Shown: one piece after another, positions 1-9,629 of the stretch | Position numbering within the stretch: the stretch's first letter is position 1 | How the letters are laid out: each line of letters begins with the position of its first letter | Source: a virus | Lineage: Duplodnaviria; Caudoviricetes | IMG/VR virus record: IMGVR_UViG_3300049191_000067 | Coordinates: 1,156-65,155 of that record | Strand: one strand, 5' to 3' | Length of the DNA: 64,000 nucleotides | Notes under the pieces: model-generated | Database searches by the model: none | Seen by the model: the letters and a program-made list of their open reading frames with translations, nothing else | What the model was told of the DNA's origin: nothing | Position numbers and translations under genes: made by a program

Positions 1-610
1 CGGCCTGAGTGAGTGGCATGTCATCTCCCTGCAGTGGTGCGAATGCTTCGTTGATGTCACAGGTGGTTCCGTTGATCACAACCGTGCTGGGGGGACGGTT
101 GCGCTGCCAGAAGTTGACCCATTTCTTGTCCTCGCTGGACGGTTCGGAGCCGCAGCGCCAGTGCCAGCCCACGACCCCTGCGGCATGCACCGCTTGTGAG
201 GTCTCGGAAAAGCCGTAGAACCCGGTGCGCTCCCAGCCGAGCACCGAGGCGAACCCCGCGGCGTATTGCACGGCGTCGCGGATCTGGGCGGCACTCGAGG
301 CGTGCGCATCGGCGGCGCACGCGATCCCCACCGAGTCCGGTACGCCTTCCCGACGCGCGTCTTCGAGAGCGATCATGGCGCGGGCACGGCCGGTGGCGTA
401 GTCGTCCAGCGCATCCCAGGCGTCACCGGTGCCGAGTTCGGCGACCAGCAGCACACCGAGGCCGTTCCTGATGTAGTCCTCGTATTCGGCGCGGTGGATC
501 TGCTTGCCCTCGTTGCCGAGGCCGATGTAGCGCAACACTCCGGCATAGCCGCGTGCCTTGATAGCGGCGGCTCCGGGGGGTCGGCCGGAGAAGTCAAGCC
601 ATGCGGCCAT
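1..610 (-). CDS. Endolysin, DUF1906/Rv2525c-like glycoside hydrolase domain (runs off left edge)
   Basis: Not in ORF track. Manual translation from ATG 610: MAAWLDFSGRPPGAAAIKARGYAGVLRYIG...; position after tail and membrane genes. Confidence 0.75.
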   Translation of the reverse strand, partial: MAAWLDFSGRPPGAAAIKARGYAGVLRYIGLGNEGKQIHRAEYEDYIRNGLGVLLVAELGTGDAWDALDDYATGRARAMIALEDARREGVPDSVGIACAADAHASSAAQIRDAVQYAAGFASVLGWERTGFYGFSETSQAVHAAGVVGWHWRCGSEPSSEDKKWVNFWQRNRPPSTVVINGTTCDINEAFAPLQGDDMPLTQA

Positions 611-639
611 TTGCTCACCCTTTCAGGTCCCCTGCTTGC

Positions 640-1035
640 TTAACCTTCCACGGGCGGGAACGGGACCCCGTGCTCGGTGAGCAGCTGTTGCGCGAGCTGC
701 AAACGATCAGTCAGCGATTGGATGGTGCGTTCCGCGCCGCTCAATTTGCTGGCGAGCCCATCGGCGCGAGCATTCGCCGTGTACAAGCTGAGGCCGAGCT
801 CGGCGATCTTCGCTTCGGCGCGCTCCAACTGCGCCTCGAGCTTGGCTGCCTTCTCCTCGACCGGCCGCAGCAGACTCAGAGACGTGGTCGTTAGCACGGC
901 AGCCTCGTCAGCTCGGGTCTTGCTGCCCTCTGCGGTCAGTTTCCGAAGCTGCGGGCGGATGTAGATCAGCGCCGCGATCGTCCCCAGGAGACCGCCCGCC
1001 CCTGTGACGATGGCCAGCAGCTCGCCAACGTTCAC
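640..1035 (-). CDS. N-terminal TM + coiled-coil lysis-cassette protein
   Basis: GTG start after GGAGG; LLAIVTGAGGLLGTIAALIYI followed by heptad-rich helix. Confidence 0.6.
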   Translation of the reverse strand: MNVGELLAIVTGAGGLLGTIAALIYIRPQLRKLTAEGSKTRADEAAVLTTTSLSLLRPVEEKAAKLEAQLERAEAKIAELGLSLYTANARADGLASKLSGAERTIQSLTDRLQLAQQLLTEHGVPFPPVEG

Positions 1036-1471
1036 GCCGTCCTCCCAGTTCATCCATCGCGCCGACACGGGCCGCACCGACGCGCACCAACTTCATCTCC
1101 CGGCCGATCTGGACAATCCGCCACACGCAGCCCACCGCCAGTCCTAGCAAGATGGAGGCGACGAACATCGCCGGCCACCCGGTGCGCGCGATGGCCAAAA
1201 TGGCGTAGCAGGGCAGAAGGCCCGACAGCATGCACAACCCGGATCGCTCCAGCAGTGGCCCTAGCAGGCCGCGGGTGAACACCCCGACGATCGCGATAGC
1301 CGAACCCGCGAAGAGCACCACATAGAACACAACTCCGAGCGGGTTAGGCAGAGAACGAATCGTCCCGCTGGCACTCCGGCTGTAGGTCACCAGGCCGCTA
1401 AGGCCGGACAGTGCCAGGAAACCTAGGAGGCTGACGGCAAGCGGATGCCGACCTGACTTGATTGTGATCAT
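908..1471 (-). CDS. Multi-TM holin-like membrane protein
   Basis: About four hydrophobic segments from MITIKSGRHP; located in lysis cassette. Confidence 0.55.
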   Translation of the reverse strand: MITIKSGRHPLAVSLLGFLALSGLSGLVTYSRSASGTIRSLPNPLGVVFYVVLFAGSAIAIVGVFTRGLLGPLLERSGLCMLSGLLPCYAILAIARTGWPAMFVASILLGLAVGCVWRIVQIGREMKLVRVGAARVGAMDELGGRRERWRAAGHRHRGGRSPGDDRGADLHPPAASETDRRGQQDPS

Positions 1472-1506
1472 CGCAGTATTCCCCGCTGCTAGATCGGAAT
1501 GTTCGG

Positions 1507-2514
1507 TTACGACAGGCCGCACCAGTAGAAGATATTGCTCAGCGACCACGAGCCGTCGTGAATGTTGAGGCTCGACGGCATAGTGGTCGTCTTGAAGCCC
1601 GACAGCATGTACTTACCCGTGGGATCTGGGTTCAGCAGCGACCAGTTCCCCGTCGTCGTGGTGTAGTTGATCGCCATGATCTTCGGTTGGGTGGACGCGC
1701 CATTCACCCGAAATGCAGCTACGATCATTTCCCCTGGGCGCAGGGTCCACGACGATGACAGCGCGACGTCCACCATGCCAGTCGCAGTGAGCGCCACCGT
1801 GACATCCTGGAAGGTGGAGAGTTCGCTGCCACGAAGACCACGGAAGAGCCGCACCTCAGTCGTTCCAGCGACCTGCGCGACCGTGGTGAAGCACCGGAAT
1901 CGGGTAACCGTCTGGGCGCCCAAGGAATGGAAGCGGATGAACCGGACCTCACCGTTCGCCAGCAACCCTTCGGTGTTGGCGTAGATACGGTTAGCTGACG
2001 ACACCCGATCGCCATACAGCAGGAAGTCATCCTGGCCGGTCGCGACGGGTGGACCGCCCCACTGGCGGGCGTCGGCAACGTTGGACGCAGCGATGGTGAC
2101 CGCGCCCGAGGCGACGGTGACAATCGCCAGGGGCACCTCCCAGATGCTCACGCTCTGGGTCGGGAGCGTGACGAGCGGGGTCGCGGCAGGGGTGCCCACC
2201 AAGACGTCCAGTTCGACCCGGTTGTTGGCGAAATCACATCGTGCAACCACGAGGTCCTTGCGGGGGTTGCCCGACGAGTTCGAGGTGATTGCCAACGTCT
2301 TCTGTGCCGTGACCGACCCCCAATGGCCCTCAGTCCACACCTCGCCGGTCGGAACCTTCACCTGCATTCCCGTGCTGTCCCCGAATGTCGCAAGTTCGGA
2401 CCCGACGTTCCGCAGCACCCCGGAGACGGAGGACCGGCGCATGAAGGCACGCCATTCCGCCTCCTCCACAGAGACCCCGTCAAACGGGTTGAACGCATCC
2501 ATATTCGTGGCCAC
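1507..2514 (-). CDS. Minor tail / receptor-binding protein
   Basis: Actinophage-type N-terminus (PFDG...EAEWRAFMR; RKDLVVARCD) with beta-rich C-terminus; follows baseplate genes. Confidence 0.7.
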   Translation of the reverse strand: MATNMDAFNPFDGVSVEEAEWRAFMRRSSVSGVLRNVGSELATFGDSTGMQVKVPTGEVWTEGHWGSVTAQKTLAITSNSSGNPRKDLVVARCDFANNRVELDVLVGTPAATPLVTLPTQSVSIWEVPLAIVTVASGAVTIAASNVADARQWGGPPVATGQDDFLLYGDRVSSANRIYANTEGLLANGEVRFIRFHSLGAQTVTRFRCFTTVAQVAGTTEVRLFRGLRGSELSTFQDVTVALTATGMVDVALSSSWTLRPGEMIVAAFRVNGASTQPKIMAINYTTTTGNWSLLNPDPTGKYMLSGFKTTTMPSSLNIHDGSWSLSNIFYWCGLS

Positions 2515-2523
2515 GGAATCCCC

Positions 2524-2841
2524 TTACACCGTCACGCCTGCTATGACATTCCACAAGGAATCGATCGCCGACAGGATCGCGCTGTCCGAGGCGGACGCAT
2601 CGGCAATGTCGGGAAGTGCCGCCACCGCCCAGGAAAACGCCAGCTTGTACTGCGAATCCCCGGCCGCCAGCATGATCTCCCGGGCCAACTGCAGTCGCAG
2701 CTTGTCCGTCTGCGTGGGGGCCTCCATTGCGAGGGTTTGCGTGGAGATGAAGTTGGCCTTCCATGCCATGCCGGCCGCCACCTTGCCCTGGAAGGTGGTG
2801 TCGGTGGCGATCGTAACTATGTCCGACAAAACATCGGCCAC
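2524..2841 (-). CDS. Small tail-region hypothetical protein
   Basis: 105 aa ORF within tail operon. Confidence 0.6.
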   Translation of the reverse strand: MADVLSDIVTIATDTTFQGKVAAGMAWKANFISTQTLAMEAPTQTDKLRLQLAREIMLAAGDSQYKLAFSWAVAALPDIADASASDSAILSAIDSLWNVIAGVTV

Positions 2842-2844
2842 GGC

Positions 2845-3987
2845 TCATCTCCGTTCGAGGTCGATGACGCGCCCGCGGAGTTCCCGGATCGTTCGGTATA
2901 CCTGCAGCCCCGCGTCTTGAGTGCCCTCGGGGCCCACGGCGGGAGTGATGGTGAAGCCGTCCTCATCACCCTTCAACGTCACTCGGCGGACGAGGTCCCG
3001 GACAACGTCCGTCGATCCCGGGTTGTCGAGCTCGATCGTGACCTTGGTTCCGATGTCATAGTCACGGCCGTAGGCAATCTGCGTCGTGTCCACCAGCGTG
3101 GCCGACAGAATCGACTTGGCGCCGCGATCGGTCTGGGCTTCAGTGGCGGCTTGGGCGAGCTCCGCGGTGACTGTTGTGTCGCGGCGATCCACAAGTTCGC
3201 CCTCAATCCGGCCCCACGCCGCGATGGAGGCAGAGTCCGGCTTCTCGTAGATGGTCCGGGCGGTTCCCTCTCCACCACCACCCACGAACGCATAGTTCGC
3301 TTCAGGTGCGGTGCCCTCATAGGAGAACTCAGCCAAGTTCCCCAGTTCCCGGGAGAACTTCACGGCCGCCGTGCTGTCCACCGCAGCCATGGTTTGGAAC
3401 TGCCACGTCGTGCCCACCTGCGCCAGGGCGAACCCGATGCCACCGTTGGTGGCCAGTTCTTGCAGCAACGGCAGGAGAAGCTGCCATCTCGCCCGGCCGG
3501 TGACCGTGCTTCCCACCGCAGGATCCGAGCCGATCGTCACCAACGGATGCCGCCGGGTCGACACAGATCCCGGACCGAGATTCACGTCGACGTACTGCCG
3601 CAGAATCGTGGAGCACACCCCGGTCCGCACGTCATAAGCCTGGGTGGTGTACGGGGGCAACATCTCCGCCGGGCACGGGGATGCGAGACGCCGTTTCAGC
3701 CAGACGTTGTCGTCCTTACCTGACAGTGTCAGGACTTCCTTGCCGCCCTCGACGGAGTGCTGCTCCTTGTCCCAACTGCCGCCCATCCACACCGCATCGT
3801 CTCGGGTGATGAGGATGCCCGCCCCCGGTTGGCGCAACACATCGGCCAGTGGTGAACGGCGGTCGACGGTAATCGTCCACGTCCCCACGTCGTTCCACCG
3901 GCGGACGGCCTCGAGATCCGCGAAGTCGTCCACTTGTCCTTGACGACGGAGTGAGGCGTCTCGCGCGTACACCGTCCACGTGGTCAT
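2845..3987 (-). CDS. Siphovirus ReqiPepy6 Gp37-like tail hub protein
   Basis: MTTWTVYARD start overlaps Dit stop; GGGGEGTARTI...WGRIE...DRRD motif. Confidence 0.8.
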   Translation of the reverse strand: MTTWTVYARDASLRRQGQVDDFADLEAVRRWNDVGTWTITVDRRSPLADVLRQPGAGILITRDDAVWMGGSWDKEQHSVEGGKEVLTLSGKDDNVWLKRRLASPCPAEMLPPYTTQAYDVRTGVCSTILRQYVDVNLGPGSVSTRRHPLVTIGSDPAVGSTVTGRARWQLLLPLLQELATNGGIGFALAQVGTTWQFQTMAAVDSTAAVKFSRELGNLAEFSYEGTAPEANYAFVGGGGEGTARTIYEKPDSASIAAWGRIEGELVDRRDTTVTAELAQAATEAQTDRGAKSILSATLVDTTQIAYGRDYDIGTKVTIELDNPGSTDVVRDLVRRVTLKGDEDGFTITPAVGPEGTQDAGLQVYRTIRELRGRVIDLERR

Positions 3988-4835
3988 GGCGAGTTGAAAG
4001 CCCGCTTGTAGGACAAGCTCAGCCGCGAAACCCCCGCCGTGACTCCAGCCATCTCCAGCCGAACACGATTGGCACCCCGGGCGAGCGGCCACAGCGACGA
4101 GCCCAGATCCACCAGCGGCCACGCGTTCGTACCGTCCTGCAGCACGGTCTTGTGATCCCGCCGGGTATCAATCGCGATCGTCTGCCCGGTGGTCAACGCA
4201 GCAGTCGACATCAGCAGGTTCTTTCCTGTGGTCAGGTTGCGTAACGCAATCCCCGACCCTGGCCCGAAGATCGTCCACTGCGGCCAGGTCTCCACCGACC
4301 CGTCGTTCGTGATCGTCGCGTCCACCACCAGTTCGCTCGCCGTGAGCCGCATCGGGAAGATCGGGAAGAAACTGGGGGTCGAGGTCACCTGATAGTCGCT
4401 GGTTATCGGGCTGACGTCGTACCAGTAGGGGTCGTGGGCGCGGAACACGACGGGCAACTTCTGCGACGTTGGACCTGAGCTTTCGCCGAGTTTCTCATCC
4501 ATCCCCAGCCCCTCGGCATAGCTGCATGTGATCTCCCTCTGATCACCCAGAGGTGATGTGACGCGAATCTTCCCCGGGCCACGGAGAGGGTCCATGAGGT
4601 CGCATATTGACCGCATCTGGGCCCGCAGGTCCGCCTCGGTAACTGTGGCGAACCAGAACGGGAGAAAGAACTCGTGCACGTCATGCCGCACGGATCGCAG
4701 TCGCGCTCCCGGCTGGCCAGGCACCACGTCCTCGGCGAACTCGACCTTCGACAGGAACCGTCCCGACGTCTCCCACTCCACGTCGAGGGTGGTTTGCCCA
4801 CCATCAACGTCGACCCAGACCGTTGTCTCGGTCAC
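3984..4835 (-). CDS. Distal tail (Dit) family protein
   Basis: FRAHDPYWY, NDGSVETWPQWTIFGP, LARGANRV motifs; directly after tape measure. Confidence 0.8.
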   Translation of the reverse strand: MTETTVWVDVDGGQTTLDVEWETSGRFLSKVEFAEDVVPGQPGARLRSVRHDVHEFFLPFWFATVTEADLRAQMRSICDLMDPLRGPGKIRVTSPLGDQREITCSYAEGLGMDEKLGESSGPTSQKLPVVFRAHDPYWYDVSPITSDYQVTSTPSFFPIFPMRLTASELVVDATITNDGSVETWPQWTIFGPGSGIALRNLTTGKNLLMSTAALTTGQTIAIDTRRDHKTVLQDGTNAWPLVDLGSSLWPLARGANRVRLEMAGVTAGVSRLSLSYKRAFNSP

Positions 4836-7800
4836 TGCAGCTCCATCATCTCCATGCGGCGGAACTGTTGGCGTACATCCATGCCGCGGTCTGAGACGTA
4901 AGCATTGAGAGTGAAGCTCTTGATCGGGCGGTTGGCCTTAATTGCTGCCACCAGGTCGTCTTCCTGGGATGAGGAACGCACGTTCTCCGGCCTGCCGGTG
5001 CCGTTGTAGACCGCGGTCCAGCCCGGCATGATTACTCCGCCGTTGTCGTAGCCGCCGGGCCGGTTCAGGGCGGACAGGGAGCCGTAGCGGTGGATGGCGT
5101 AGTTGAGGCCAGCGAAGATGTTCGCGAGCGGGTCAACCGATGTTCCGTACATCTGCGGTGGCGTGTTCAGGAACGGTCCCGCCCAGCGCCGGAACGTCGG
5201 GCCGATCACCTGCATAAGCCCCACCGAAGGCGTGCCGCGCGCCCAGTTGCTGTCCCACCTGTTCACCACGGTCGGGTTTCCGCCGGACTCCTGGTTCATT
5301 CTTCGTTGGACCGTGGCCAGCCAGGTACTGGGCTGGCCGAGGAGACTCAAGGCTTGCAGGATCTGCGGAGTCCACTGAGCCACCCCGGCACCAGGGGTGA
5401 AGTTGACCGGCCCACCAGGTCCGGCGATCACCGAGGGTGGGACGTACTTCGGCAACTGCGGCGGGTGCGGGAGCCCCATCACCTCAAGAGCGTTGACATT
5501 GGTGAGATAGGCCGTCGACAGGTTGGTGAGCGCCGCGAACGCGTCAATCAACCCGCCCCGGGCGTAGCCGGGGATCATGGCGCCGTCTCCGCCGATGATG
5601 CGGAGCTTCTTCTGCCGGATCATCTCCATGGTCCCGACGCCGTAGTAGTTGACGGCATCGGCTGGTTGCATGAACTCGCCGTGGGAGCCCCACAGGGGGA
5701 CCATGTCGTCCGTAGGGCCACCGGGCCCGATCACACGACCACCAGCGGCGAGACGACCGGACGAGGCGACACCGCCAGAGCCAAGACTGGAGGTGAAGAT
5801 CTTGACACCGTTGATGGTCTGCTCGGTGATCGCCTGCAGATCCGCGCCAGCGACCGCGGTCACGTTGAACTTGAAATCCGGCGGGATCAGTCCCAGTTTA
5901 GTCAGGAACCCCTGGGCGGCTTCGGTGCTCATACCGAACGCCGTTGCCGTTTGGGCGATCATGGTGTTGTACTTGTCCTGCGTACTCATCCCTGTGGCGG
6001 CGATTGCCGTCCACAGTCCCATAATCTGCCGCAGGTTGTTCTGCCCTGCCTGGGTGTTGATGTCCAGGGATCGTGAGGCGTCGTCCTGCGCGTCCTTGAG
6101 CGCCAGTTGGGCCAGCCGGACCCGGTTCGCGGATCGCTCCCGCTGGTATTCGGCATCTTCGACTGCCTGATGCGCCCTCTTGAGGCTGTAGTTGGCGTCC
6201 TGGACCTGCTGCTGCGCCTTCGTCAGCGAACCCATCGCCGACGCCACCTGCTCGTGAGCGCTCCGCAACGACTCTTGGGCGGAGACAACGCCCTTCGCGC
6301 CGTCCACCCCCGCAGCGTCGGCCTCGGCGACCTCTTTACGGAGCTTCTGTCCCGAGTTCAGCGCCTCGTTCAAGGAGTTCTGCGCGGACACAATCTCCAG
6401 CGCGGCCTTGACCTTGTCCTCGTTCTCGTCGGTGATCTCCTGCGCGGCAATCGCCTTGGCGTTGGCGGCCGTGATGCCGAGCCCTTTGCCTTCCTTCAGA
6501 ACGTCGAAGAGCCGGAGCCGAGCCTGCTGCTCACTGACGACTTGGCCCTCCATCTGAAGGTGTAGCTCCTTCAGATCTTGGATGGCCTGCTGTCGGGCTT
6601 CATTCAGCGCCAACTGGGCTCGACGCTCGCCCTCCTGGGCTCGGATCACCGCCTGCTGAGCTGTCCCAACCCCGGCGTAGGCGTCCCGCAGTGCCCGCTG
6701 CGCCCCGGCTAGCGAGTGCTGGGCGTCGGCCGCCGACCGCGCTGACGCGGCGTAGGAATGGTTCGCGTCGGCTAGGCTGGTCTGCGCCTGCTCAACGGCC
6801 CGGTCGGCGGCGATGAAATGCTCCTGGATTCCCGAGACCGCCTGCGCGACCGCTAGTCGGGTCGAGATGAACGCCGCCGACACATCCTGTAGTGAATTCG
6901 ACGCGCCCTGGCCCGACGCAATGACGATACGGAACCCGCCCGCCACTTCACTCAAGCCGAGACCGAGAGCGGAGGCAGTCCGGGCGGCACCCATTTGGTA
7001 CTCAGACGTCCGGAGCAGGTTGCTTCCGACCTGAACCTGAGCGGCGGCGAACTCCCCCGCCTCCTTTTGTCCCCGGTCAAAGATGTCGATGAGAACCTGC
7101 AGGGCTTTGCCGCCCTGTGCAGCGATCCCGAAGTCAGCCGGGAGCTTGCTAATCTTCTCGCGAAGTGCGTCCAGGGCCGGTCCGCCGTCCACAACGGCCC
7201 GGAGAATCTCCGCTTGTGATATTCCGAACAGCTTTCCGGCCGCTGCCGCCTGCTTGAACACTTCGGTAGATTGGAGAGTGGATTCCACCGCCGAACTCAC
7301 CGCGCCGTGGCTGGTCTGGAACGCCGAGGTCAACGCGTCCGTCGCGGCCTTCAACTGTAGCGTGGACTCTGCCGCGTGGTCCTGGCTATCGGAGAGAAGC
7401 CCGAACAAGATCGTTCCACCAACGAGAGCCAAGCCGATGGGGCCAGCCAGCGAAGATGCCGCCGCCGCGAACCCGATGGAGGCTCGCGCGGTAGCCGCGC
7501 CCGCCACCGTCACTGCCGCGGCCGTAGCGGAAGACTGAACCGCCACGCCGCGCTGGGCCGCAATGTACCCTGCCGCCTTGGTGGCGCCGGCCTCCATGTT
7601 TGCGCCGAGGTTCAGCACCCCGGTTGCAAGGAGGTTTACTCCCGTCGTGGCGAGGCCGGCTAGCTTGATCGCGGCCCATGTCGCCAGTGCGGCAGTGCCG
7701 ACCGTGCCCAGGATCGGCGCCACCGGGCCCAACACGTCGGTGACCCCGGTTACCACGCCGGTGAGCACCTGTAGACCCGCAGAGAGAACCGGAACGGCCC

Positions 7801-8599
7801 CGCCCGCTACGCCGGTGATCGACTCACCGACGCCTTCGGTGGCCGCGACGATCCCGCCGGCGTTCTGCGCCCAGACGTGGTTCAGGTCAACTATTACCGA
7901 CGTCGCCACACCACCGGCAGCCGACACAACCCCGCCGAGCGACTGGACGCTGACGCCGAACTCGTCGCTGTGCTCGGACAACTCGCTGAGGGTCTGGCCG
8001 GCACTGGTGCCGATCTGCCCCATCAGCGAGGAGAACCCCTCCATCACCGGCAGGGAGTTCTGCATCGCGTCGGTCACGCCAGGCATGGCGTTGTCCGCCA
8101 TGGCAGTGAGACCGTTGGTCAGCGCGATGATGCTGGGCCCAGCGAAGGAGAACGCGCGGTCAATCTCCGGACCGAGTTTCACAACCTCCGCACTCAGCGC
8201 GTTCCCGGCGCCGACGATCTGCGGAACGAGCTGGTCGGTGGCGTTCCGCGATGTGGCGACGATGTTGCGCCACAGCCCCTGGAAGGATTCCTGGACGTCC
8301 TTGTTGGACTTCTGGGCCAACCCCGCAATGCCGATGAAGCTCGCGCCCAGCCCACCGATGACCGCGGCCCCGGCGAACCCCGAGGTGGCGATGATGCCGG
8401 CGGCGATCTTCTGGAACCGCGTCTCCAGGAGATCGATGTTCCCGATCGCCTTGTCGGTCTTGACGTCGACCTTGACGTTGACGTCCTTGCGGTCCAGTTT
8501 GTCCAGCCGCTCAGCGAACCGCTCAACCTGCTCCGACAGCTTGATGAACGTCCGGCTCGCGTTGTCCAGCGCGATGACGTTGAAGGAGAGGTCGCTCAT
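4832..8599 (-). CDS. Tape measure protein with C-terminal lytic transglycosylase (SLT) domain
   Basis: 1255 aa Ala/Gly-rich and coiled-coil; NQESGGNP...GLMQVIGPTF...DPLANIFAGLNYAIHRYG. Confidence 0.95.
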   Translation of the reverse strand: MSDLSFNVIALDNASRTFIKLSEQVERFAERLDKLDRKDVNVKVDVKTDKAIGNIDLLETRFQKIAAGIIATSGFAGAAVIGGLGASFIGIAGLAQKSNKDVQESFQGLWRNIVATSRNATDQLVPQIVGAGNALSAEVVKLGPEIDRAFSFAGPSIIALTNGLTAMADNAMPGVTDAMQNSLPVMEGFSSLMGQIGTSAGQTLSELSEHSDEFGVSVQSLGGVVSAAGGVATSVIVDLNHVWAQNAGGIVAATEGVGESITGVAGGAVPVLSAGLQVLTGVVTGVTDVLGPVAPILGTVGTAALATWAAIKLAGLATTGVNLLATGVLNLGANMEAGATKAAGYIAAQRGVAVQSSATAAAVTVAGAATARASIGFAAAASSLAGPIGLALVGGTILFGLLSDSQDHAAESTLQLKAATDALTSAFQTSHGAVSSAVESTLQSTEVFKQAAAAGKLFGISQAEILRAVVDGGPALDALREKISKLPADFGIAAQGGKALQVLIDIFDRGQKEAGEFAAAQVQVGSNLLRTSEYQMGAARTASALGLGLSEVAGGFRIVIASGQGASNSLQDVSAAFISTRLAVAQAVSGIQEHFIAADRAVEQAQTSLADANHSYAASARSAADAQHSLAGAQRALRDAYAGVGTAQQAVIRAQEGERRAQLALNEARQQAIQDLKELHLQMEGQVVSEQQARLRLFDVLKEGKGLGITAANAKAIAAQEITDENEDKVKAALEIVSAQNSLNEALNSGQKLRKEVAEADAAGVDGAKGVVSAQESLRSAHEQVASAMGSLTKAQQQVQDANYSLKRAHQAVEDAEYQRERSANRVRLAQLALKDAQDDASRSLDINTQAGQNNLRQIMGLWTAIAATGMSTQDKYNTMIAQTATAFGMSTEAAQGFLTKLGLIPPDFKFNVTAVAGADLQAITEQTINGVKIFTSSLGSGGVASSGRLAAGGRVIGPGGPTDDMVPLWGSHGEFMQPADAVNYYGVGTMEMIRQKKLRIIGGDGAMIPGYARGGLIDAFAALTNLSTAYLTNVNALEVMGLPHPPQLPKYVPPSVIAGPGGPVNFTPGAGVAQWTPQILQALSLLGQPSTWLATVQRRMNQESGGNPTVVNRWDSNWARGTPSVGLMQVIGPTFRRWAGPFLNTPPQMYGTSVDPLANIFAGLNYAIHRYGSLSALNRPGGYDNGGVIMPGWTAVYNGTGRPENVRSSSQEDDLVAAIKANRPIKSFTLNAYVSDRGMDVRQQFRRMEMMELQ

Positions 8600-8775
8600 C
8601 GGTCACCCTCCGACTTCTTTGCCAGGGCTTCGACCGCTTCCGCATACAGGTCGAACTCGGTCAGGGTGAGAGCCTTGATATCACCGGGCCGCAAGGACAG
8701 CGGATGGAAACTGAACGCGACTAGGTACCGGTAGTAGCGCTCTCGGGGGTCGTTCCATCGGGCTGGGTAGGGTCC
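8596..8775 (-). CDS. Frameshift extension of tail assembly chaperone (gpGT-like)
   Basis: The -1 frame reads GPYPARWNDPRERYYRYLVAFSFHPLSLRPGDIKALTLTEFDLYAEAVEALAKKSEGDR*; stop overlaps the tape measure ATG. Confidence 0.55.
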   Translation of the reverse strand, partial: GPYPARWNDPRERYYRYLVAFSFHPLSLRPGDIKALTLTEFDLYAEAVEALAKKSEGDR

Positions 8776-9068
8776 GGCAACTGAACCGCATCGCCCTCGC
8801 CTTCCCCCTTGTCGGCAGCCTCAGGGACGATGACGTTGAAGGTTCGCACATCAAGCTTCAGCATGTCCTGCCACCGGACCGCTTCCCCCGCGCGGCGCTT
8901 GAGCATGAACATCCACGCCGCAATCGCGTACGGATTCCCCCTGTTGAGTGCGGCGTCCATCTCGTTGAGTCCGCAGTTCGTCTTGTCGTAGAGAGCCATC
9001 GCCTCTTCGACCTTGATCTCACCGTCGAACTCATACTCGCGGTCTCCGAGCACGTACTTGACATTCAC
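8721..9068 (-). CDS. Tail assembly chaperone
   Basis: Position between neck gene and tape measure; ends ...PDPTQPDGTTPESATTGT. Confidence 0.7.
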   Translation of the reverse strand: MNVKYVLGDREYEFDGEIKVEEAMALYDKTNCGLNEMDAALNRGNPYAIAAWMFMLKRRAGEAVRWQDMLKLDVRTFNVIVPEAADKGEGEGDAVQLPDPTQPDGTTPESATTGT

Positions 9069-9074
9069 CCTGCT

Positions 9075-9629
9075 TCACCCTTCAAGTTCGCGTCTTATCT
9101 CTTCCATGGCATCGAGAATCGCCCGACGGAACTGCGGCGCCCGCTTCTTGATCGTGGTCGCGAAATACGGCTTGCCCTCTTGATGGACCCATTGCTCGCG
9201 GTTGCCGAACACTGGATGTCGCCAGCCTTTGGGGCTGTCCAGGTGGCGCGGCAGAGTCCGCTGGTCGGGCGGGAGCTGGGTCGAGTTCACGATGAACCGC
9301 ACACCTCGCGCGGTGACCTGAAGCTTGATTGCGGACGCGATCGATCGCCGTAACCCGACCTTCCGGCGACCTGCGGATAGCTTCCGCTTGTCCGATGCGT
9401 TCGCCGTGGCGAACCGTCTCCGCTGCGCCGTCCCACCGCCCCGCGAACCGGACACTGGGAGCGTCCGCGCCGCCGTCCTCACTTCGTCGAGGACAGGTCG
9501 GCCGGCGTCGGCGATATGCTTTCGCAGGGCGGCCCGCAGGTCCCTGCGTCCCGCCTCACGAAGTCGCCTGGCCAGATCTCGATACTCCTTGACGCCCTGC
9601 GAAGAGATCGAAATCCCGGCCGTGGCCAT
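9075..9629 (-). CDS. HK97 gp10-like neck/tail completion protein
   Basis: Basic protein, WRHPVFGNR...QEGKPYF. Confidence 0.65.
   Translation of the reverse strand: MATAGISISSQGVKEYRDLARRLREAGRRDLRAALRKHIADAGRPVLDEVRTAARTLPVSGSRGGGTAQRRRFATANASDKRKLSAGRRKVGLRRSIASAIKLQVTARGVRFIVNSTQLPPDQRTLPRHLDSPKGWRHPVFGNREQWVHQEGKPYFATTIKKRAPQFRRAILDAMEEIRRELEG

Noticed and set aside
2323-3723. 466-aa plus-strand ORF over tail genes, and similar ORFs over the tape measure
   Set aside because: Antisense shadows of well-supported minus-strand genes.
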